Shown here piece by piece: positions 38,501-47,668 of a stretch of 64,000 bases of DNA. The DNA lies in assembly GCA_963710755.1 (NCBI GenBank), contig CAVQBK010000003.1, positions 160,001-224,000 of the forward strand. The letters run 5' to 3'. A program made the position numbers and the translations under genes. The DNA comes from an uncultured bacterium. GTDB taxonomy: Bacteria; Oederibacteriota; JAAXVQ01; JAUVAV01. Every line of letters starts with the position of its first letter. Position 1 is the first letter of the stretch. Under the pieces are notes generated by a model that worked only from the letters and a program-made list of their open reading frames with translations, had not been told where the DNA came from and searched no databases.

Positions 38501-40133
38501 CATGTTTGAAAAATTCATTCTTGGCTTGAAAGTACTGCCAGTCCAGATCATTGAGCAACCGCAGGCCGCGTACACGCAGGGATGCAAAGGGCTTGTCGGG
38601 CTTGGGATCAAGTGCCGTTTTCTCCTTGAGCACCTCGTCATAGCTGAGCTTATCGAGCTCCACCCATCTGGCCACGGCCTGGCTGTGGGTCAAAGGTTTG
38701 CGGCCGTAATCACCACGCCCCATGTTGTAGACTTCGCACTCTTGAGGATCACCGGCCAGGCCGTCGGCAGCTTCGCCCTCGGAGCGATAATAGCGGTTGG
38801 CCAGAATCTGCAAAGAGTCCAGACGCTTACCGTCCAGGTACACCCCCGCGAGGCGGCTGCCCGGATAATCATCGAGCACCTTGGTGCTGAAATCATCGTG
38901 CCTGATATTATCGGACAAACGCCGCAAATGTTCTCGGGTCATGGAGAAGGCAATGAACCGGCCGTCAGCGGTCATGATGCAGGCCCAAGCATCCTTGGGG
39001 TGGGTGGCCGCGAATTGATCGAATTGTTCAATGGTATCAAAGGACCAGACCCGGTGCTGGTTTACAGGCGGCGTTTCCGGTTCCGGCGGCCTAACTTCAA
39101 ATTTGGGCATGGGTAGCTCGCCTTCCATCTCAGGCAGAGGTTGCGGTTGATAGTCATTGGTCACCGTGTTAGGCGCGGTCTTAGTCACGGTTTTGTTGTC
39201 CGGCAAATTATAACTAATGGTGCCGGGAAAGCTGTAATTGTGGATGAGGCGCACCGGCCCCTGCGAATAGTCACAGAGGGTCTGCTCCACCGAGCGGTCA
39301 ATGCTGGCCTCAATGGTAAAGTCCGCCGTGATGGCAATCGTCCCTATGCCGCCATGGCCCGTGGGTGAAGGTATGCTTTTAAATGAGAAATTGTTCAGCC
39401 TATGGTTGGGCGCAGGCGTCCAGCGGTAAACCACCCAGGGCTGGCCTTGGTAGGATAATATGGCCTGACCGGCGCTGATGTCCTGATCCAAGGTCAGGCC
39501 ATTTTTAAGATCAATATGTTCTTCCGTGGCTGCTGGTTGGCGCTGCATGGGGCTGTCGGGCAAGGCGCGGATGTTAAAGGGCCGCCCTGCAGCCAAAGCA
39601 GCGGACGCTTGCTCGGCCTCAACTTCAGCTGCAAAAGAAGGGGAACGATTACCCCGTGCTTGGCCTTGCTGAACCACATGGCTCAGTTCATGGCCCAGAA
39701 GACGGTGGCCGGCAGCTGAGCCTGGTGTATATTCGTTGGGGGCAAAAGCAATGTCCGACCCTTGTGTGAAGGCGGTGGCATGGACAGCCGCAGCCGCTTG
39801 CTGACCTTCACCGTTGCGGTGCAGACGTACCTCCTTGAGGTCCACCCCCAGAAGAGGTTCAAAGTACTGACGTTCATGGGCAGCCAGGGGCTCGCCCGGA
39901 CCGGAAAGATTAACCCCGCCCGAACCGCCTGGGTGCAAAGGTGCCAGTGGCGCCAAAGGTGCTGATGCTTCCGCCCCTAGACAGCGGGGACAACCGCCGT
40001 CGCAGGGACAAGGTCCGGCGATTGGGTCGGCTGTTCTTAGGGCCGTCCGGTTGGCGGCTGGAGACAGTACGGCCGGCTTGGACCCATTGGCCTTGCGCTG
40101 TGGCGAGGATTTCTGCCCGGAACGGGCTTTCAT
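35586..40133 (-). CDS. Large DUF4157 polymorphic toxin candidate (1515 aa) with a TM region and a C-terminal restriction-endonuclease-fold domain
   Basis: CPCDGGCPRC; PGEPL..RQYFEPLLGVDLKEVRLH..ATAFTQG..LLGHELSHVVQQ..EVEAEQ..MQR; hydrophobic helices; C-terminal FEV..RRYDIELKDGTRLELKDW. Confidence 0.85.
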   Translation of the reverse strand: MKARSGQKSSPQRKANGSKPAVLSPAANRTALRTADPIAGPCPCDGGCPRCLGAEASAPLAPLAPLHPGGSGGVNLSGPGEPLAAHERQYFEPLLGVDLKEVRLHRNGEGQQAAAAVHATAFTQGSDIAFAPNEYTPGSAAGHRLLGHELSHVVQQGQARGNRSPSFAAEVEAEQASAALAAGRPFNIRALPDSPMQRQPAATEEHIDLKNGLTLDQDISAGQAILSYQGQPWVVYRWTPAPNHRLNNFSFKSIPSPTGHGGIGTIAITADFTIEASIDRSVEQTLCDYSQGPVRLIHNYSFPGTISYNLPDNKTVTKTAPNTVTNDYQPQPLPEMEGELPMPKFEVRPPEPETPPVNQHRVWSFDTIEQFDQFAATHPKDAWACIMTADGRFIAFSMTREHLRRLSDNIRHDDFSTKVLDDYPGSRLAGVYLDGKRLDSLQILANRYYRSEGEAADGLAGDPQECEVYNMGRGDYGRKPLTHSQAVARWVELDKLSYDEVLKEKTALDPKPDKPFASLRVRGLRLLNDLDWQYFQAKNEFFKHADQWNTANLVYELDPQGNPKEGGQTPLNFYLTHVQRMGDLMRQYLMIETDRPVGDPRFHKTLEDRPHLAMAVADEMVMMVENTAQRILFDPLKEAHDQLQGMVKDQEKLRMFVLVFAMRKGDDQKRLLEFMGVPKDKRTALQTTMGTLSKAVQLAQGITVDGFSLEQMKGWANHSASELADTLEKLRTRKITALYLDGDLGNAIRDQAYKQLGFKVLKGNTFPHTQEASGLLPGAMSGKTEDFTNLAEQLYANRMAHAKRAGTIMAVATLGASVALGVAMIFVAGEIAAGVAAWIWGTTEGIGYTLTQLALTGVIYEGLNVGKEYLTTGQSGLDPNAPGGQAGDFFLKAGITAGTFGVFKGLNFIFSAVSRSLVTAAVGGEEAYVASRGAQGIARAMSVTMETGFFIAFSVEEFYRANGHMPEGDELFLLIYENLLFIAMMEVGARLSRPYTEKVGIWARGRKLTKLQSRYTDLTTETRQVQISLSELIGDTKAANTEAPVLMAKQRELMAKQKTLLSDIKAAYKGQPEYAQVAKEVNAELGRIADMGNMLKEAEFLKATKIMASAEAGSTYFYKPGTEGKIKEFYGESHTSKPDKDGVIHVSSGTRLLTFKPMPAGGQAPVAGVKPEVSEAIKARREKLAQRKENLVERADRLGFADTTIDDIRKLKPRDSTRQGTLKKTKWALDAAEKQIKQAERYGTTKLDELAKKAYERVSQRLTKKFGPDAMTKLREGKLSSMTDAEVGEALRVTFGEQGLDIAELRGLLHASRPGPNGELMNTGMIFNRARSAGERNFVLRTFGEMMDKNIPGSYDVMRSMTTSRNNWRGGMWQMEYAKAGVGLDNIKAFEVTQSLVIEGEEKVRRYDIELKDGTRLELKDWNNWFPGSLKSQFGRDVLLRTDNFSNPGGLRTIRWVFRAPGPVPKAEIQAAMNEALQKVLENAPVNAKVDIMKAFASADLIEISSASGLRGTAP

Positions 40134-40135
40134 GA

Positions 40136-41230
40136 TCAGCCTTTATTCTGCCGGGACTTGCGGCTTTTGGGGCTTGCTTTTGGCTTGGGTTTGGCCTGTT
40201 TACTGGTGCGCTCCGGCTTGAGCTTCACGTTGTTGGTTTGCTCCGCAGGTTTGGTCTTCACCTCTTGCACAGGCCTGGGCATTTCCCGTGATTCCATGAT
40301 GATGTCAAACTGCTCCACTTTCCCGGCGTTGAAGCGCACGGCTTTTTTGGTGGTGTAGAGCATCATGCCCGAGGCATCCTCGACCTTCAGGTATAAATCC
40401 GGTCTGGCTTCAATGAGGTCACGGAATTTTTCCGTGCGGTAGGTCAGAGCGAACTCACCTTTGGCGTCCGTGGTGGTCGTGCCCAGGCGGTCGTCAAAGA
40501 TCAAGTCCTTGTCATAAAGGTTGATGGTCAGGTTAGGCATGGGCCGCTGTTTGGCATCGCGCACGCGGCCCACCACTTTCCATACATCAGGATCAAGGAT
40601 GACCTCATCCTCTCCTTCCGGCGGCGTGGGCACGCACACCTCCTTGAGCAGGATCTCACGGTAAAACATCTGTCCTGCCGCCAGCGGCAGGGCGGTTGTA
40701 TCCAGGTACATCGGTTTCTGCATCTTGTCCGTGATCAGCAGGTAAGCCGATGGCGCCGTACCGTCTTCCAACACCGGGGGCGCGTCCACCGTGAACTTGA
40801 AAAAACCCTGCTGATCCGTACAGGTATAGCCATAGGCCCGCTGCCACTTACCCTTCCGGTCCGCAAGGGCCACGGTCAGATCTCCCAGAGGCTGGTGATT
40901 TTGATCAAGCACGCGGCCCCGGATCAGCACCTGGTTAACCTGTACCTCCTCCACCGGCAGATCCAGTTTTTGCCGCTCGCTTTGCAGCACGGTTTTTCGG
41001 CCGGCTTCAAAAGCCAGCCGGTTGGTCAGGGCCTTGACCCGGGGATGATCTGCCCCCAGTTTGGCGGCCAGTCTGGTTTTTTCCCGGGTTAACGCATCGG
41101 TCTTGACCGATTGCCATTGTTGGGCCTGCTCCAGACCCAATTTGCGCAGGCCGTCGCTTCTGGTCAAAACCTGGTCAATATCAGAAACCGTATCTTCTGG
41201 CGTCAGGTTGGTCTTGCTGCTGGTGCTCAT
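40136..41230 (-). CDS. eCIS-associated protein with a coiled coil and two transthyretin/carboxypeptidase-regulatory-like domains
   Basis: IRGRVLDQNHQPL..TDQQGFF; VVGRVRD..LYDKDLIFDDRLGTTTTDAKGEF..PDLYLKV; basic C-terminal tail. Confidence 0.7.
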   Translation of the reverse strand: MSTSSKTNLTPEDTVSDIDQVLTRSDGLRKLGLEQAQQWQSVKTDALTREKTRLAAKLGADHPRVKALTNRLAFEAGRKTVLQSERQKLDLPVEEVQVNQVLIRGRVLDQNHQPLGDLTVALADRKGKWQRAYGYTCTDQQGFFKFTVDAPPVLEDGTAPSAYLLITDKMQKPMYLDTTALPLAAGQMFYREILLKEVCVPTPPEGEDEVILDPDVWKVVGRVRDAKQRPMPNLTINLYDKDLIFDDRLGTTTTDAKGEFALTYRTEKFRDLIEARPDLYLKVEDASGMMLYTTKKAVRFNAGKVEQFDIIMESREMPRPVQEVKTKPAEQTNNVKLKPERTSKQAKPKPKASPKSRKSRQNKG

Positions 41231-41343
41231 GGCTAACCTCCGGTTTGTTTAATGAAAGACGCAAGTTACTTCCTGAAATCAAGAGTGTTTAATCTTTTTC
41301 CAAATTATTTATATCCAAGGCGATTATCCTGGAGATACCGCCT

Positions 41344-44300
41344 TTAACTTTCGATCTGCATCAGTTTATACTTCTGCAGCAGCCGCACGGTCAAATCGCG
41401 ACAGCGGCTGTCAAAGATCACGGCATTGCCGAATTTGAGATTGTATTTTTTCGGGCCCAAGGGCAGCAGGCAATTGGTGGACTGGTTGCCCATGGTGGTG
41501 TTCATCATGGCCGTGGAAAAGAGCGAGTACCCTTTTTGGGGAATGCCCTGGGTCAGTCCGTCCTGGAAGCGGTTGTCGGTGGCCCGCACCGTGAAGGCCA
41601 CCAGCATGGTGTTGTTGCCGGCAATGTCCATTTCCGTAACAGCGCCGACCTGGCCACCTGTGGCCAGATTGAATTTGAGCACAGAAGCGATCTCGGACTG
41701 GTTGTTGGCAAAGGAGATGTCGTCGAGGGAGATCAGGGTCTGCGAACTGAGCAGTACACTCATGGCCGGGCCACGCAAATCCAGGGTGGTGCGGTTGTCA
41801 TTGAAAAGAATCTGTCCGCTGGGCAGGTAAAAGAGGGACACCAGATTGAACCCGGAAAAATCCATACCTTCGGTCATGCTGGTGCCGCTCACATCAGGCG
41901 TGGTGTTGGCATTGACATCCTTTTGGTTATAAAGATCCAGCTTTTTGTTGGTCACGCCCATCTTGGCCAATTGGGCAAAGGACTGCAGCAGTAGCAAGGG
42001 AAAGATATCCTTGGCAATGCCCAGGTTGATGATGATGACCGTGGCACCGATCAGGGCAATGGCATCATAGTCGAGTTTCTGCAGGCTGGAGAGCACATTG
42101 ACCGTGCCCTGGCTGGTGAAATGGTTGTTGGCCACCGACACCGGTCCCATGGCCATGAGCACCAGCGCCTGGCCCAGGGGCTGCACGATTACATTGTCAT
42201 GAATCTTGGCGGCCGGCACACTGTCTTGGAACATAATGGGCTGGTCGTTGGTAAAGAGTCCGGCCAAATCATCCATGATTTTAGCCAGGCTCAGCAGAAT
42301 CACCACCCCGCCGCGCCAGCCCTTGGCCGCGCCTTCATCCACCAGAGACACGCGGGGCCCATTGTCCTTGATCATATTGTTGGAGATCTCCACTTTTTCG
42401 GCTTGTCCCATCCAGATACCGCAGAGAGCCTGCAGATGACTCCGGCCATTGGCTTCAATAATATTTTCCCGAATGGTAATGTTCTCGCCGTCCGCCAGGG
42501 CAATGCCCCCATACGCCATATGCCTGTCCACGCTGGTCGTGCCGGCCGCATTACTGCCGGCCTGCGGCAGCTGGCGGCAGCATTGGGTGATGCGGTTGCC
42601 CATCACCTCCATCCCTTTAACCCCCAGCAGCAGGTTCAGTTTATCCAGGTTAAAAAAGGTAGACGTGCTGATACCGCTTAGGCCCATTTGTTCAATGCGG
42701 TTGTTGGCAATGGAAAGATCGTAGATGAAACCGTTCAATTTTTGGCGGAACAGCTTGAGCGTCTCAGCGTTCATGTCATGAATATAGCTGGGATTGTGCT
42801 CCATGCCCTGGGCTGTGGGCAAATGACCCAGGCTGATGCCATGGCCTGCGCCGCCAAGGATCCGGTTCTGGCGGATATAAAGTTGTTCCGACGTGGAGCC
42901 CACCTGGATGCCGCCAACCGCACTGTATTGATACTCCACCGCCACCACCATGGTCAGGCTGTAAAGGTAATCCACAAAGCCCACCACCATCACGTCACCG
43001 GTGTACAACTCATTGGGATCCGTGCATTCATTGATAAACCCGCTGCCTTCGGGCGTGGCCGGGGTGCCGTTGTCCGCAGGCTCCGGCGGCTGCTGCGCCG
43101 GCACCACGGTAATGGTGTTTTCCACCAGGCAGCTGTCTTCCGCCAGGATGAACACCACCGTGCCTGCTGCTTTTTTATCGGGCACAGCCAGAAAATTGTC
43201 GCTGATCTCAATTTTACGGCCACCCTCAATCTCCAGGGCATGGTCAAGACCCACGATGCGGTTTTCCCTGATCTTGATATGTTCCAGCGGTTGCTCGCCT
43301 TTGCTGCTCTCGCTGAGGCGCACAGCCGTGGCGCTCATGGAGACAATGGTAAGATGATCAATTTCAATATCCTGGCAGTCGATAAGGTCAAAATTGGGCA
43401 CGCCTTTCATATCGGGCAGGCAGGTCACAATCGTCTGGCGGCCACAGCCGGTAATGCGCAGTTTGTGGCGCTGATCAATGGTAGTGTGAATGCGGTGCAC
43501 CCCCGGCAGCAGACATAATTGCCCACCGTCTTCAGGAAGCTGGCGCAAGGCTTCATCAAAGTCATTAAAGTCTCCCTGTGAGCGCTCGCCGTCACCGATG
43601 GTATAGGTGCAACATATTTTTTGATTGGTCAAAGGCCGGAAGACGCGGCGGCAGTCGTCAATCTCCGCGGCTTCGCTGGTGGCGGTCAAGGAGGCATTCC
43701 AATGCACAATAGCCAGCGGTGCCCGGCGCCGCACCGGACCTTGAGGAATCTGATCGGCCAGCAGGGAATCAGTGCTGGCTTTCTGGCCGGCGCGCACGGT
43801 GAATTGCCAATAATCGCCGGGCCGGTAGGTGTTGCTGCTCTCACTGTCAAAGCCCAGGCGGATGCCGTCCTGCAATTCCTTTTCCAGGGTGGTGCCGCTC
43901 GGCTTTTTATAATCTTCGATCAGCTCCAAGCCGTCCCACAAACGGAAAAAGACATTGGTCTGTGCAGGTGCGCGCAGGGTATAGAATTCCTGTCCCAGTT
44001 CGAGCACATTGCCGTTCAGTACGGCATTGGCGCCAAAAATAATCTCCCAATGCCCGGCCGTCTCATTGTACTCCACCATCTCCAGGTAAAACTGTTTGCG
44101 CAGCAAAGAAGTGATGGCCGTCAGGTTGGCCGTGAGGGTGATGGTCTTGCTTAAGGGATCCGTAGCATCATAATCGCCGCGGCCCACCAGGCCGCCGTTT
44201 AAAGAAGACCATTTAAAACGCATGCCTGATGCAGGCACGTCGAGGTGCGCGATCTCAATGCGGTAGAGGTTGTGCTCAAAGCCCGTATACCCCCCGGCGG

Positions 44301-44934
44301 TGACCACCGGGCATTCTTCACCACTGCTGGCCGATGGGGTCAGGGTGACTTCCAATTTGCCCAGGCCGCTGGTGTCATCCTTGAGTTTGCCGGCCAGGTT
44401 CCAGCATTGATCGCCGTCGCTGAGGCGGAACAATTTAAAGGCCGAAGCCGTGGCCAGCCGCTCCGTGGTATCAGGCCCGCCCAAAGCCGGTTCGATCAAT
44501 TGGTCCGGTAGTTGGAACCCATTGAGCGCTTCCTGCCATACTTCCAGCACCACCGCATCGCGGGTGGTGCCGGCCACAATACTGCCGGCATCGCCGCTGC
44601 TGCTGTCCAGATAGTCCGCATGCCTTGTCTGCGGACCGTCGCCTTCCAGATAGACCAGGCGGCCGTCAAGCCAGCAATGGCCGGGTTCCACCTGCAGCTG
44701 TATCGTCGCTCCCGTGGCATCGGCCTGCACCACTTTGAATCCATCCGGTCCGGCTGCAGGCACGGCCGCCACGCCGCTTCCAATCAGATCCTGGCCTGCG
44801 GTCACATGCCAGTGATCGGTCAACTGCACCCGGTCATTCCAATCGCTGTCAAGCAGCACCTTGCCCTGCTGGTGCAGTACGTCATTGAAATTACGGTCCG
44901 GTTGCAGCGTCCATTTTGAAAAGTCACCCTTCAT
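41344..44934 (-). CDS. DUF6519-domain protein with a right-handed parallel beta-helix (tail fibre/spike-like)
   Basis: MKGDFSK..QQGKVLLDSDWN, EPALGGPDTTER, GGYTGFEHNLYRIEI, FKWS, GDYWQF..R, DCRRVFRPLT, then repeated I..N.I beta-helix coils. Confidence 0.85.
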   Translation of the reverse strand: MKGDFSKWTLQPDRNFNDVLHQQGKVLLDSDWNDRVQLTDHWHVTAGQDLIGSGVAAVPAAGPDGFKVVQADATGATIQLQVEPGHCWLDGRLVYLEGDGPQTRHADYLDSSSGDAGSIVAGTTRDAVVLEVWQEALNGFQLPDQLIEPALGGPDTTERLATASAFKLFRLSDGDQCWNLAGKLKDDTSGLGKLEVTLTPSASSGEECPVVTAGGYTGFEHNLYRIEIAHLDVPASGMRFKWSSLNGGLVGRGDYDATDPLSKTITLTANLTAITSLLRKQFYLEMVEYNETAGHWEIIFGANAVLNGNVLELGQEFYTLRAPAQTNVFFRLWDGLELIEDYKKPSGTTLEKELQDGIRLGFDSESSNTYRPGDYWQFTVRAGQKASTDSLLADQIPQGPVRRRAPLAIVHWNASLTATSEAAEIDDCRRVFRPLTNQKICCTYTIGDGERSQGDFNDFDEALRQLPEDGGQLCLLPGVHRIHTTIDQRHKLRITGCGRQTIVTCLPDMKGVPNFDLIDCQDIEIDHLTIVSMSATAVRLSESSKGEQPLEHIKIRENRIVGLDHALEIEGGRKIEISDNFLAVPDKKAAGTVVFILAEDSCLVENTITVVPAQQPPEPADNGTPATPEGSGFINECTDPNELYTGDVMVVGFVDYLYSLTMVVAVEYQYSAVGGIQVGSTSEQLYIRQNRILGGAGHGISLGHLPTAQGMEHNPSYIHDMNAETLKLFRQKLNGFIYDLSIANNRIEQMGLSGISTSTFFNLDKLNLLLGVKGMEVMGNRITQCCRQLPQAGSNAAGTTSVDRHMAYGGIALADGENITIRENIIEANGRSHLQALCGIWMGQAEKVEISNNMIKDNGPRVSLVDEGAAKGWRGGVVILLSLAKIMDDLAGLFTNDQPIMFQDSVPAAKIHDNVIVQPLGQALVLMAMGPVSVANNHFTSQGTVNVLSSLQKLDYDAIALIGATVIIINLGIAKDIFPLLLLQSFAQLAKMGVTNKKLDLYNQKDVNANTTPDVSGTSMTEGMDFSGFNLVSLFYLPSGQILFNDNRTTLDLRGPAMSVLLSSQTLISLDDISFANNQSEIASVLKFNLATGGQVGAVTEMDIAGNNTMLVAFTVRATDNRFQDGLTQGIPQKGYSLFSTAMMNTTMGNQSTNCLLPLGPKKYNLKFGNAVIFDSRCRDLTVRLLQKYKLMQIES

Positions 44935-45066
44935 GGCTTTTCTCCTTCACTAAAAGATTTTAGTCTTCGTTGCGATGATCATCATTGTCTTCAACCGGCA
45001 AAGCCGGCATTCGCTCCCATGGTTACTGCAGGGTACAGGCCTGCAGCGAGGTTTTTACAATGCTGC

Positions 45067-47427
45067 TTACGTTACCGGTATCAGCAGCGGCCTGATGCCC
45101 ACGGGCATGAATTCACGGTACCGTATGGTCAGGTTGCGCCACTTGTGCGCTTCCAGCATAAAATTAAAAGCGCCCATCACCTCTTCCTGCGGACCCTGTT
45201 CCCGGATGGCATAGCTTGTGGCCAAGGTCAATTGGCCATAGCCCGGCTGATTGACCGCCAAGCTGGTAAAACTCAGATCCGCTTCGTCACCAAATACGCA
45301 GGCATGGTGCTGGGGCAGACGATTGCCCTGGGCTGGAAAATAACTGAACTTGATGCACCCGGTCTGATTGTGGAATACCAGCAGCGGCTGAACCCAAATC
45401 CCGCCGCGGCCACTGCAGGTTTGTACGCGCACACTCCCCAAAAAAGTGGCATTAGAGAGCTGCATCGGCGGTCCCCAGCCCTCCACCGGTTTGGTGGCTC
45501 CTGTGATTGCAAAATCCTGGGCCGTGCCTGCAAGTTTGTCCTGAGGGCCTTTGCCTCCGTCAATGAGGCTGTCGGTGAGCATGAGCTCATAGTCCTGGTC
45601 GATCTGCAGCACCCCGGCAAGGCTGCGGCTTAGCACAATCTGGGGCACTTCGGTGAAATATTGTTTTTCAACATTGTTGAAGCCCTGGCCGGTTTTTAAT
45701 TTCATGGCCTTGATCCCGCCAACTTTGGTGTGGTCCGCCAACAGCTGACCGCCAGGATCAAGGGTGGTGCCCACCACTTCCAGGCGGTTGAGGGCTGCGC
45801 GGGCAATCAAAGGCTGGTTGGCCGGGAAGCCCGGCCCCTTGGTGATCCACAAGCCTTCGAGGCGCACATTGAGCACTTTCATCAGGCTGTGGTAATAAGC
45901 CTGCTCGGTTTCAAAGGCTTCCGAGCCCGCGGGCTGCAGGCTCATCACATAGGTGGGCTTGAAGCGCAAGGGCTGGGCCAGCCGGATGATGGGCCGCTCG
46001 CCGCTGGCCGCCCTGATGGTCAGGCTGTGCTTAAGCTGCAGATTGACGCCGCCGTCTTCCACCACCGTGCCTGCCAGTCCGGTCAGGTCCAGGTCATGGA
46101 CCATGGAATCCTTGATCTCGATGATGATGGGATCGGATGCATCCTCGATATTTTCCAGAGCCTGCTGCAGGCCCAGGGGATTGTCATGATAATTCACGCT
46201 TACGGTTTCCGTGACGGCCGGTCTGGTCACCGGATGACTGCCCACCGGTCCGACCGCGCCGTACGTATAGGAGAGCAGTAGATGATCCTGCAATGCCGTG
46301 ACCTCGTCGCTGGCAAGCACGGGCAGGATGATGCGTCCCAGCTTGGGATCAAGGGCCATTTCATAGGGCGCAAGATATTTGGGCAACCCGTTTTCCCAGC
46401 AGCGCAGGTCGGCACCATAAAATCGCCATTGGTCCAAAGAGGCAAAAGGCGCGTTGGGCAGATGGAGCTGCAACCCGATGTCCTCCTGGAAGAGACTGTC
46501 ACGGGTCCAGTCACTGGGATCATAGGTCTCGAGGTGCACATAGGCTTCAGGATGGCCTGCCGGCGAGCCGCTGGTCAAACGGCTGGGGTGAATGGGACCG
46601 GGCATATCATCCACGGCGGTCACTTTCATGGCATAGGCTTCGGGATCATAACGGTGGGCCTGGAACAAGGTTACAGGCAGGGCCAGGGGATCCACATGAA
46701 AGCAAAGGCCGGTCACCGCCAGGGAGGCGCTGGTCACAGGGTCCACATAGTTGTAGGTATACTCGTGGTCAAAACTGGGTTTGCTAATGGCCACGGTAAA
46801 ATCCACCAGACGCCACAAGGCAATGGCCAGGTTGGGAATATTGTAGCGCCATTGTCCCAGGCCGGCTTTCTTCACATCGGGCGCATGGGCATAAGGATCA
46901 AAAGGTGTGCTGAGCAGGGAGATCAGCGCCGGGTCCTTGATGGCCATGGTGCCCCCGAAAGGGGTGATGGCCCGGTCGGCCTCAGCCACCTGCGGGCTGT
47001 AAGGCGCTAGGCCGCCTTGATCGGGCCGCTGATGATTGAGGTGCTGCATCCAGCTTAGATTTCGAAACAGTTCCATGGCGTGCACGCCCCATTGAGTCAG
47101 GTCATAGGTAAGGCGCTCAATGGCACCCAAGGTGCCTTTGCGGCGGCGCAGCACAATGGTGTCGGCCACATCGGCCCGCAAGGTCCAGGGATCACCCTGC
47201 AACGCCGAGGTGCCCAGCAGGTCGCCAATATAGGGCACCACCCAGTCATCGCAGGTCTCAATGAAAAAATTGTGATAGAGCCCGAGGATGTTGTCGCGCA
47301 CATTGGCGAACACCTGCTCCTCCACCAGGTCCACCAGGGCCTTGAGCGGATAAGGCGGTATCTGCTCCGCATCCTTGATGCGGTAGATCTCAGGCAGTCG
47401 GTCGTATAAACTTTTACGCTGCGCCAT
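45067..47427 (-). CDS. Phage tail protein I-like (P2 gpI / baseplate wedge) eCIS protein
   Basis: LYDRLPEIYRIKD, FFIETCDDWVVPYIGDLLG, RADVADTIVLRRRKGT, C-terminal PGYGQL..EEVMGAF..EFMPVG. Start ATG 47427. Confidence 0.8.
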   Translation of the reverse strand: MAQRKSLYDRLPEIYRIKDAEQIPPYPLKALVDLVEEQVFANVRDNILGLYHNFFIETCDDWVVPYIGDLLGTSALQGDPWTLRADVADTIVLRRRKGTLGAIERLTYDLTQWGVHAMELFRNLSWMQHLNHQRPDQGGLAPYSPQVAEADRAITPFGGTMAIKDPALISLLSTPFDPYAHAPDVKKAGLGQWRYNIPNLAIALWRLVDFTVAISKPSFDHEYTYNYVDPVTSASLAVTGLCFHVDPLALPVTLFQAHRYDPEAYAMKVTAVDDMPGPIHPSRLTSGSPAGHPEAYVHLETYDPSDWTRDSLFQEDIGLQLHLPNAPFASLDQWRFYGADLRCWENGLPKYLAPYEMALDPKLGRIILPVLASDEVTALQDHLLLSYTYGAVGPVGSHPVTRPAVTETVSVNYHDNPLGLQQALENIEDASDPIIIEIKDSMVHDLDLTGLAGTVVEDGGVNLQLKHSLTIRAASGERPIIRLAQPLRFKPTYVMSLQPAGSEAFETEQAYYHSLMKVLNVRLEGLWITKGPGFPANQPLIARAALNRLEVVGTTLDPGGQLLADHTKVGGIKAMKLKTGQGFNNVEKQYFTEVPQIVLSRSLAGVLQIDQDYELMLTDSLIDGGKGPQDKLAGTAQDFAITGATKPVEGWGPPMQLSNATFLGSVRVQTCSGRGGIWVQPLLVFHNQTGCIKFSYFPAQGNRLPQHHACVFGDEADLSFTSLAVNQPGYGQLTLATSYAIREQGPQEEVMGAFNFMLEAHKWRNLTIRYREFMPVGIRPLLIPVT

Positions 47428-47467
47428 GGCTACACCTTCTTGATTCAGTGTCCTGTTGCAAGGCCAT

Positions 47468-47495
47468 GCAGTGGGCAGGCATGCCTGCCCACTGC
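47468..47495. repeat. Perfect 28-bp palindrome (REP-like)
   Basis: GCAGTGGGCAGGCATGCCTGCCCACTGC; shares the core CAGGCATGCCTG with 62284-62309. Confidence 0.8.
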
Positions 47496-47519
47496 CCAAG
47501 CAACCATCTAAATAAACGC

Positions 47520-47638
47520 TATCCGCAGATAACGCAGATTAAAACCAAAATTTCCGGGACGAGCTGCGCTCACAAAAAATAATTCAGATCTAAACTTATG
47601 CTGTTTTTAATCTGCGTCTTCTGCGAAATCTGCGGATA
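47520..47638. repeat. Inverted CGCAGAT-type repeat element
   Basis: TATCCGCAGATAACGCAGATTAAAA ... TTTTAATCTGCGTCTTCTGCGAAATCTGCGGATA. Confidence 0.7.
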
Positions 47639-47668
47639 AATTTTAACCACTCCATGGTCATTTTCTTT

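Noticed and set aside
47428-47499. ORF-track N-terminal extensions (47499, also 1033, 12143, 21395, 24809, 34549)
   Set aside because: They run through palindromes or neighbouring genes. Downstream ATGs, most with a clear RBS, fit the families better.
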